Positions 57,242 to 64,000 of a stretch of DNA of 64,000 bases are shown one piece after another. A program made the translations under genes and the position numbers. The first letter of the stretch is position 1; every line of letters starts with the position of its first letter. Source of the stretch: Pseudobdellovibrionaceae bacterium (GTDB taxonomy: Bacteria; Bdellovibrionota; Bdellovibrionia; Bdellovibrionales; Bdellovibrionaceae); NCBI GenBank assembly GCA_043747555.1, contig JAYTOY010000047.1, positions 5,063 through 69,062 on the forward strand, in the 5' to 3' direction. A model generated the notes under the pieces. It was not told the origin of the DNA, did not search any database, and saw nothing but the letters and a program-made list of their open reading frames with translations.

Positions 57242-58716
57242 CGAAACTTCATCGTCGGGAATAAAATAATATCTCGGATGCTTGGGCGATTGGTTAATAA
57301 CATGACCAATCTTTCAACTCCCAGGCCAACACCGCCCGTTGGCGGCATTCCCATATCAATCGCGTAAATAAAATCTTCATCCATCGGATGAGCTTCTTCA
57401 TTATTGCCGCGCTTTGATTCTTGATCTTTTAAACGAGCTAATTGCTCTTCAGGATCATTCAATTCAGAATAAGAGTTGCCGATTTCCATGTAAGCTGCGA
57501 AGGGCTCAAAACGCTCGACCAATCTAGAATCATTGCGATGAATTTTTGTCAGTGGACTGATTTCCACTGGATGATCCATAACAAATGTTGGATGCCACAA
57601 ATGCTCTTCAGCCGTTAGTTCAAACAGCGCCATCAACATTTCGCCCTTGCTTGCGGAAGCTTCAAGCTTTGAACCTTTTTCTCGGCATTTTTTAAATAAT
57701 TCCTTTTCATCGATCACATCCGGGTCAATACCAGCATACTGTTTCAAACCGTCCATCACTGTCAGGCGTCGCCAAGGCGGCGTGAAATCAATTTCTTTTT
57801 CTTGAAAAGTAATCTTAAAGCTGCCGCAAAGTTCTTTCACCATTGACGAGACTAATTCCTCGAACTGCTTCATTTGATCATTGTAGTCTGTATAGGCCTC
57901 GTACCACTCGACCAAAGTGAATTCAGGGTTGTGAGTGCGATCGATCCCTTCGTTTCGGAAAACTTTCCCGATATCATAAACTTTTTCGAATCCACCCACG
58001 ATCAAACGCTTTAAATAAAGCTCTGGTGAAATACGCATGTAAAGTCGCATGTCCAAAGCCCGATGATGGGTCGTGAATGGATGAGCCGCCGCCCCCCCGT
58101 AAATAGGCTGCAAAATCGGAGTCTCGACCTCCATAAAGCCACGTGAATCCAAAAAGTTTCGGATGAATTTTATAATTCGCGAGCGTGTAATAAAAACTTT
58201 CATCGAATCGCGGTCAGAAATGAGATCCAAATGGCGATGCCGATATTTAATTTCAATATCTTGAATTCCATGAAATTTTTCTGGCAAAGGCTCAATCGAT
58301 TTCGTCAGCATTTCAAAACTTCGGGCGTACAACGAAAGCTCACCCTTTTGTGTTTTAAAAACATAGCCTTCGACGCCGACGATATCGCCTAAATCTGTCA
58401 GTTGAAAGGCCTCCCTTTGTTTTTCGGGAAGCTCTTCAAGCTTAATATAAATTTGCAAAGGTCCACTTTGGTCCATTAAATTAAAAAAGACAGCTTTTCC
58501 CATGGATCTTAAAGTCATAATCCGACCAGCTAATTTAAAACTAGTCTCGGGCTTTTTATCGCCGGCTTTAGTTTCGGTGTCAAACTTCGCCAAAATATCA
58601 GCTGTGTTGGCAGTTCGCGCGAAGCTGTAGGGATAAGGATTAATGCCTTTCTCCCTCAGTGCATGAAGTTTTTTTCTTTTCTCGGCCCTGAGCGGATTTT
58701 CGTGGATCTCAGACAT
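57238..58716 (-). CDS. lysS: Lysine-tRNA ligase (class II)
   Basis: 492 aa. OB-fold N-terminal domain plus class II motifs (FRNEG, GGVGLGVERL). Confidence 0.97.
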   Translation of the reverse strand: MSEIHENPLRAEKRKKLHALREKGINPYPYSFARTANTADILAKFDTETKAGDKKPETSFKLAGRIMTLRSMGKAVFFNLMDQSGPLQIYIKLEELPEKQREAFQLTDLGDIVGVEGYVFKTQKGELSLYARSFEMLTKSIEPLPEKFHGIQDIEIKYRHRHLDLISDRDSMKVFITRSRIIKFIRNFLDSRGFMEVETPILQPIYGGAAAHPFTTHHRALDMRLYMRISPELYLKRLIVGGFEKVYDIGKVFRNEGIDRTHNPEFTLVEWYEAYTDYNDQMKQFEELVSSMVKELCGSFKITFQEKEIDFTPPWRRLTVMDGLKQYAGIDPDVIDEKELFKKCREKGSKLEASASKGEMLMALFELTAEEHLWHPTFVMDHPVEISPLTKIHRNDSRLVERFEPFAAYMEIGNSYSELNDPEEQLARLKDQESKRGNNEEAHPMDEDFIYAIDMGMPPTGGVGLGVERLVMLLTNRPSIRDIILFPTMKFR

Positions 58717-59639
58717 TAAAGTTTTTTCCCCGCAAATGCATCCATCACATCTTTTAACAGAGTCACCGCTTCGGCTTTTGGTCTTTGGAAAGCGTTGCGC
58801 CCCATGATACTTCCGAAAGCTCCACCTTGTGCTAGCTCTGAAACCTCTTTCAGCAAATCTGGCGTTGTTTTCGCGTCACCGCCTGAAAAAATGACGATGC
58901 GGCGGCCGTTAAAGCAAGACTGCACAACATGACGTGAACGATCCGCCATAGTTGCCACTTTAATACCTTCTTGAAGGTATACTTTTTTTGCAGCCTCTTG
59001 TTCAATGTGGGCCGTTGGTGGTTTCACTTTAATAATGTGCGCGCCTAATTGCGCGGCCACGTGAGCCGCATAAGCAATCACATCGATCCCGGTTTCGCCC
59101 TCTTTAGAAAGTTGTTCGCCTCGAGGGTAAGACCAGATGATCACAGCAAGGCCTGCCTCTTTGGCATATCTGCTGATCTGAGAAATTTCTTCATACATTT
59201 CTTTGCGATCAGAACTGCCGGGATAAATTGTAAAACCAATACCGCCACAACCCAGTCTTAAGGCGTCATCAACTGATGAGGTCACCGCTGAAATGGGGCT
59301 TTTATTAGTAAATAAAGTTTCTGAGTTATTTACTTTCAAGATTAATGGAATTTCGCCGGCATAGTCGCGGGCCACGGCTTCAATAAAACCTAATGGGGCT
59401 GCGTAGGCGTTGCAGCCTGATTCAATGGCAAGTTCAATATGGTAGCTGGGATCGTAGCCATTTGGATTTTTTCCAAAAGACCTAGCCGGTCCGTGTTCGA
59501 AACCTTGATCCACTGGCAGAATGACCATTTTACCAGTGCCCGTCAGGCGCCCGTGGTTCATAATTCGAGCCAAATTAGCTAATGATCCTGGGTTGTCAGA
59601 TCCGTACCAGCTTAAAATTTCACGCACCCTTGGGGTCAT
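58716..59639 (-). CDS. Class I fructose-bisphosphate aldolase (DhnA/FbaB-type)
   Basis: 307 aa TIM-barrel aldolase pattern: ILPVDQGFEHGP, IIKVKPP (Schiff-base Lys region), GRNAFQRP. Confidence 0.82.
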   Translation of the reverse strand: MTPRVREILSWYGSDNPGSLANLARIMNHGRLTGTGKMVILPVDQGFEHGPARSFGKNPNGYDPSYHIELAIESGCNAYAAPLGFIEAVARDYAGEIPLILKVNNSETLFTNKSPISAVTSSVDDALRLGCGGIGFTIYPGSSDRKEMYEEISQISRYAKEAGLAVIIWSYPRGEQLSKEGETGIDVIAYAAHVAAQLGAHIIKVKPPTAHIEQEAAKKVYLQEGIKVATMADRSRHVVQSCFNGRRIVIFSGGDAKTTPDLLKEVSELAQGGAFGSIMGRNAFQRPKAEAVTLLKDVMDAFAGKKL

Positions 59640-59788
59640 CTTGAGGCTCCTCTTAAAAGTTGATTTTTGCGACGGCGAAACAAAAATTAGTCACTTTCCT
59701 GCTCTCTGGCAACTACTAGAGGCATTTAACACGCTTGGCAGAACACCTTTCTTGGGTGTATCTTCGCCCCTGAGTCAAGGAGGCCCTC

Positions 59789-60355
59789 GTGTCTAAAACC
59801 CCATCCCAAAGCCAGGTCGCAATTGAAACCACGCCCAATCCGTCAACTTTGAAATTTAAGTTTCAGTTTCAAGTGACCAACGATGGATTTGAGTGCCCCA
59901 CAATCCAAGACACAGAGCGATCTCCGTTAGCTGCCAAAATTTTTGGCTTTCCTTGGACGGCCAGTGTCTATATCGGGCCTGATTTTATCACGGTGACAAA
60001 ACAAGATTGGGTCGAATGGTCGTATTTAGCCGAGCCACTGGCTGGTTTGATTCAAGAACATATCGACAGTGGACAAGCGATTGCCCTGCAGGCCGTTGCT
60101 CCCGATGTTGACCCCCATGAAAATGATTCGCCTGTTGTTCGACAGATCAAAAATGTAATTAACACGGAAATCCGTCCTGTCGTCGCTTTGGATGGCGGTG
60201 ATATTGTTTTCAGCAAATACGAAGATCATATTGTTTATTTGCATATGAAGGGCGCCTGCGCTGGCTGCCCCAGTTCAGCTGCAACTTTAAAGGACGGCAT
60301 CGAAGTGCGCTTGAAAGAAGCCATCCCGGAAATCCGCGAAGTTGTCTCGATCTAA
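59789..60355 (+). CDS. Nfu/NifU-type Fe-S cluster assembly protein (Nfu_N plus NifU C-terminal domain)
   Basis: TPNPSTLKF N-terminal domain and ALDGGDIVF...GACAGCPSS (CxxC). GTG start after AAGGAGG. Confidence 0.87.
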   Translation: MSKTPSQSQVAIETTPNPSTLKFKFQFQVTNDGFECPTIQDTERSPLAAKIFGFPWTASVYIGPDFITVTKQDWVEWSYLAEPLAGLIQEHIDSGQAIALQAVAPDVDPHENDSPVVRQIKNVINTEIRPVVALDGGDIVFSKYEDHIVYLHMKGACAGCPSSAATLKDGIEVRLKEAIPEIREVVSI

Positions 60356-63309
60356 GGATTTAGATCAAGCCAAAAATTAACACCATTGCCTGAAAATACA
60401 AAGCCGCGGTCCACCTCGGCTTGAACAGCGGTCGCAGAGTCACGATTCCAGCGAAAAAGACTTAGATCAAAAATCAAAGCCCAAGGTCCTTCACGATTTT
60501 TAAAACTTCGCACGACAAGGCCATCTCCTGAGACTGTAAATCCCCACTGCGGAAGACGGGGCATCCCCAAGGGATTCATTAACGGCCCTTCGTAATAAGT
60601 TTGAGTCCCGTCTAAATTTCTTATTCGCATCTTTTTATTTTTTAAGACAGTCATCACCCAGGCTTCACCGCCGGAGGAGGATAAACGGACTTCATCTTTT
60701 AAAAGGAGCTCATCTTGCAAAGCTTCGCCCTGAAAGTGAGCCTGTCGGGCGACGCCATTGTAATCATAGCTATAAAAAATTATTCGCTGACCTATGGGCA
60801 AAGCAAAATCGGCGATTTTCTGTGAATGAAGAATCTGAAAATCCGAACTTAGCTTAAGAAGATAAGCCCCCGCCGTAAGACCCAAGCCACCTTCTGGGGG
60901 AACATTCATAACAACAAGGCTCAGTTGGTCACTCCAAGCAACGGAAATGCCGGGACTTTGAAAAACAGAAATCAGACCAGTGGTCTTTTGAACAATTAAA
61001 TGATTTCCAGGAACATCATCCCTTGAAAAAATAAAAACTTTGGAATTTTCGAAAACAATTTTTCGTAAAACCTTTCCATTAAATCCAGATTCCAAAATGG
61101 GTGTTAGCGCTGGGTGAGACCCTTTTAAATCTAGATACTGCCAGCCATTGGCCGCCTCGACGATAATTACTAAATCGTTTTTAACTGATACAATTGTTTT
61201 AAATGATGCTTGCCAAATAATTTTAAAAGAGTTCCCAACAAGGGACGCTTTTAAAATAGTGTCATTATCCATAAAAATTAAATCATCAGCTCCGGCCAAC
61301 AATAACTTTGTAATTTTCTTCAATGGCACCGGAAATAAATCTAACTTCTTCTTTAGAAAATCATAGCGAAGGAGCTGATGATCTAAAGTCGCATAACCGA
61401 CTGATTTTTTTCGATCAAACAGTTTCCACTCAAAACCGGGCGGCAATAAGACTTCTTCTATTCCAAGACTGGTCATCGGCCCCATGCGGATAACGTTTTG
61501 ACGGTCTCTGATCCAGCCAATTCCATCTCTGGAAACTTGAATTTCCTGCACGCCTGCAAGATCTTGAAAAAGAGATTCCCACTGCAGGCCGCCCCATTGA
61601 TTGACCAAACTTTGCTTTGGATCTGAAATCAACCAAAATGCTTGGTTCAGCCATTCTTGCAATTTTTTTGTTTCACCCGAAATCTGCAAAGGTAAAGTCA
61701 ATTGAGCTTGAAATATCTGACACGAATTCGAATCAGATATATCGCAGTAGGATCTGGCAACAGCGTTATTTTTTCTTAAAGCCTGATCTATGACCAATTC
61801 TATCTTTCGATGCCGACTTTCATATCCTGCTTTCACTTCATTTCTTATTTTTTGCGCAATCACTTCTGGGTCCAGACCCCATCTTGTAGCGACAGAGTCA
61901 CGAGGATCCGAGGAATAAAAAGCGGCATCCCAAGTAAAAAGAATTTGTTTCAAAGAAAAATCATGCCCGTTTAAATTTAAATAAATTTGATCCAGCTCGC
62001 CTTTAAAAAAATCCAATATTTCTTTTCTTAAATCTGCTTGCAAAGGGATATCGGTCAAACTTCTTAATTGCTGAATTAAAGCTGAAAGCTGCGCATCTCT
62101 GGAAGGCGTGCTCCAGTCTTCAAAAACTTGGCTGCCTTCGGGGCAAGATTTGTTCCCACAAGCTCTATAACCATCTTCAACAACTTGGGCCCGAAGCTCC
62201 AGCGAATTTTTTAAATCTTCTAGTCCACTCTTTAAAACCTGCAAAAAGTTTAAATCTGGTTGAAGGCGCAACATTACTTCTTGACCAAAGGAAGTCTCTG
62301 CATTTCGAATGAAATCCGGAGCATATTGTTGCAAGGAATAATCTGGCATTGAAGTGGCGGCGTTAAGGGTGTATTTTCCTCCTGAGATAACAGGCCATAA
62401 AATTTTTAGAAATCCAGACGTCCCTGCTTTGGGGTTACTGTAAGCCCAGAATAAAGCCTCACTGAGAGCACGAACTTTTCGCGGGGTGGTTGACTGCAAA
62501 ATCATCAGAGGCAATGTATTTTTCGCTAAACTTACATGATGTACCAACTGCGTGTGACCCGAAGCTTCGTGCAAATTAAGGTAGTGGGTGCCGGGCAAAA
62601 ATCGATCCGGAGAAATTTCAACCGGATAACTATCGCGCATCAAAGTATGAGTGTAAGTCAGATTTAATAAATAATTTAATGCCGCCAGAAATCTTTTGTC
62701 TTCAAACCAGTTTTTTGCCGTGGGCAGCGACTGCCATTCAGAGCGCACCGATTGATTGGTGAAAAGCACAGTTCCACTTAAGTGATTTGCGGCCGGCAAG
62801 CCATTTATTCGGGCAAATATCCATCGAGCTGCGTAAGCAACATCGGCACAATCCGTGGCGATTTTATATTTTGAAAAAAACTGGGTGCTCATTTCTTTTT
62901 CAACCCAATCTGCATACTTTTTTTCCCAACTCTCATCCCAGCCCTGCACGGTTGTCCAAAGGCCTTGACCGCTGAGCTGAATCTCGGGGCTCGCTTGAAT
63001 TTCAAAATCCTTCAGAAGTTGCATTTGATTGTACTGCTCGGAGGCTTCCAATTGTCCTCTCTGCGCTTCTGATGCAAGTTTGTAAAACTTTTCTGAGATC
63101 AGATCTTGCCAGCCATCCGAATGCTGTACCACCTGGCGCACAGCCCATTGGCCTTCTGCAAAATATTGAATGATAAATATTTTTTCATTTTTTTGATTCT
63201 TGCCGATCAGAATATTTTCAAGCTCTGTCCCCGGATCCGAGGCAAGGGCTAAACTGGAAAAGCCCAAAAATGAAGCCAACATTAAACCCATTAGATTGGT
63301 CAGTCGCAA
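60352..63309 (-). CDS. Large (985 aa) secreted hypothetical protein
   Basis: Signal peptide ...SSLALA. TDCADVAYAARWIFAR and LHEASGHTQLVHHV form a possible Cys/His core. Beta-rich C-terminal half. No family recognised. Confidence 0.6.
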   Translation of the reverse strand: MRLTNLMGLMLASFLGFSSLALASDPGTELENILIGKNQKNEKIFIIQYFAEGQWAVRQVVQHSDGWQDLISEKFYKLASEAQRGQLEASEQYNQMQLLKDFEIQASPEIQLSGQGLWTTVQGWDESWEKKYADWVEKEMSTQFFSKYKIATDCADVAYAARWIFARINGLPAANHLSGTVLFTNQSVRSEWQSLPTAKNWFEDKRFLAALNYLLNLTYTHTLMRDSYPVEISPDRFLPGTHYLNLHEASGHTQLVHHVSLAKNTLPLMILQSTTPRKVRALSEALFWAYSNPKAGTSGFLKILWPVISGGKYTLNAATSMPDYSLQQYAPDFIRNAETSFGQEVMLRLQPDLNFLQVLKSGLEDLKNSLELRAQVVEDGYRACGNKSCPEGSQVFEDWSTPSRDAQLSALIQQLRSLTDIPLQADLRKEILDFFKGELDQIYLNLNGHDFSLKQILFTWDAAFYSSDPRDSVATRWGLDPEVIAQKIRNEVKAGYESRHRKIELVIDQALRKNNAVARSYCDISDSNSCQIFQAQLTLPLQISGETKKLQEWLNQAFWLISDPKQSLVNQWGGLQWESLFQDLAGVQEIQVSRDGIGWIRDRQNVIRMGPMTSLGIEEVLLPPGFEWKLFDRKKSVGYATLDHQLLRYDFLKKKLDLFPVPLKKITKLLLAGADDLIFMDNDTILKASLVGNSFKIIWQASFKTIVSVKNDLVIIVEAANGWQYLDLKGSHPALTPILESGFNGKVLRKIVFENSKVFIFSRDDVPGNHLIVQKTTGLISVFQSPGISVAWSDQLSLVVMNVPPEGGLGLTAGAYLLKLSSDFQILHSQKIADFALPIGQRIIFYSYDYNGVARQAHFQGEALQDELLLKDEVRLSSSGGEAWVMTVLKNKKMRIRNLDGTQTYYEGPLMNPLGMPRLPQWGFTVSGDGLVVRSFKNREGPWALIFDLSLFRWNRDSATAVQAEVDRGFVFSGNGVNFWLDLNP

Positions 63310-63428
63310 CTAAAACCCCCTCAAAATCTGATCAGACCATAAATTTAAGGGACTTTGAAGGCCTAAAAGTTAACGCCATTTTTTGACTGACTTTGACAAC
63401 CGACGCCACATCAAAGACGATTTCATCG

Positions 63429-64000
63429 ATGACTCTTAATTTTCATAAATTTCCAAAGCTATTCTGGGCATTAGCCGTTTTGACAATTCTCGTTTTTTGG
63501 CGGGTTCTGATCGCGGACTATGTTCAATGGGATGACCCTGTATTTATCATTAACAATGCTTTGCTCAGAGAACCCTTGGCCTCGTTCCTTCCACAGATTT
63601 TTTCACATTACTTTTTTGGCGACTTTCTACCAATGACTCTGATCAGTTTTTGGGCAGAATTTCAGATTTGGGGGGCTCAACCCGAGCCGCAGCATATTGT
63701 AAACCTGATTCTGCATTTGCTAAATATAGCCTTGCTATACACTTACCTTTTGAAGCTTCCGCTCTCTCGCGGAGCGGTTCTGTTTGTAACCGCTGTCTTT
63801 GCCCTTCATCCGATGCAGACCGAAGTGGTCATGTGGATCAGTGAACGAAAAAGCCTTTTAGCACTATTTTTTGCTTTGCTTGCCATGCACTCAGCCCAAA
63901 AAGTTTCTAACAAAAATATCATCAGCACGGCTTGGATTTGGTACCTGTTGTTTTTCGGCTTATCTTTATTGTCAAAGTCAACGGCTATAAGTTTACCTTT
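63429..64000 (+). CDS. Polytopic membrane protein, PMT_2/ArnT-like (GT39/GT83-type) N-terminus, 3' end outside the window
   Basis: Frame 3 is open from ATG 63429 to the window end. WDDPVFIINN...HIVNLILHLLNIALLY...ALHPMQTEVV resembles glycosyltransferase/TPR membrane proteins. Absent from the ORF track because it has no stop. Confidence 0.55.
   Translation, partial: MTLNFHKFPKLFWALAVLTILVFWRVLIADYVQWDDPVFIINNALLREPLASFLPQIFSHYFFGDFLPMTLISFWAEFQIWGAQPEPQHIVNLILHLLNIALLYTYLLKLPLSRGAVLFVTAVFALHPMQTEVVMWISERKSLLALFFALLAMHSAQKVSNKNIISTAWIWYLLFFGLSLLSKSTAISLP

Noticed and set aside
63597-63603. Possible frameshift at a T-run in the PMT-like gene, which is absent from the ORF track
   Set aside because: A careful recount shows six Ts and an uninterrupted frame 3 from ATG 63429 to the window end. 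The gene is missing from the track only because it has no stop codon inside the window.

Overview
This is an AT-rich bacterial chromosomal segment (roughly low-40s %GC by eye). It is densely coding on both strands, with about 60 protein genes and 2 tRNAs. I saw no rRNA, no CRISPR array and no intact mobile element. All identifications come from motif recognition in the supplied translations and my own reading of the DNA; no database search was possible.

The backbone is housekeeping:
- Metabolism: a serA-like gene, purA, purT, ppc, a class I aldolase, mgsA and gloB.
- Translation: gltX, cysS and lysS.
- DNA repair: ogt, tag, dinB, uvrB and recG.
- Stress and regulation: a katG-oxyR divergon, clpS, carD, a type II sulfide:quinone oxidoreductase and an Nfu-type Fe-S protein.

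Two other gene classes are interspersed:
- Signal-peptide proteins: an S8 protease, an EndoNS nuclease, fasciclin, phosphatases, an orphan solute-binding protein and a 985-aa orphan.
- Sensory and second-messenger genes: a PilZ fusion, a GAF-nucleotidyl cyclase, an HD-GYP protein, a hybrid histidine kinase and two standalone BLUF photoreceptors.

The gene content and the very compact layout resemble Bdellovibrio-like or Oligoflexia predators. That placement is inference only.

I did not find an unambiguous multi-gene novel system. The best candidates are:
1. A canonical PilZ domain fused to an N-acyl-synthase-type GNAT, next to a heme-oxygenase-like putative diiron enzyme and a GAF-cyclase (19.1-23.6 kb).
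2. A gloB / standalone FliG-C-like / type II SQR operon (29.1-31.5 kb).
3. A decayed tRNA-flanking islet with an MNT-HEPN toxin-antitoxin pair, an ISL3 relic and a BLUF gene (2.8-4.5 kb).
4. A 985-aa secreted orphan with a possible Cys/His hydrolase core (60.3-63.3 kb).
5. Several apparent pseudo-enzymes (SodC-like, rhodanese-like, PTP-like) and two frame-disrupted genes.
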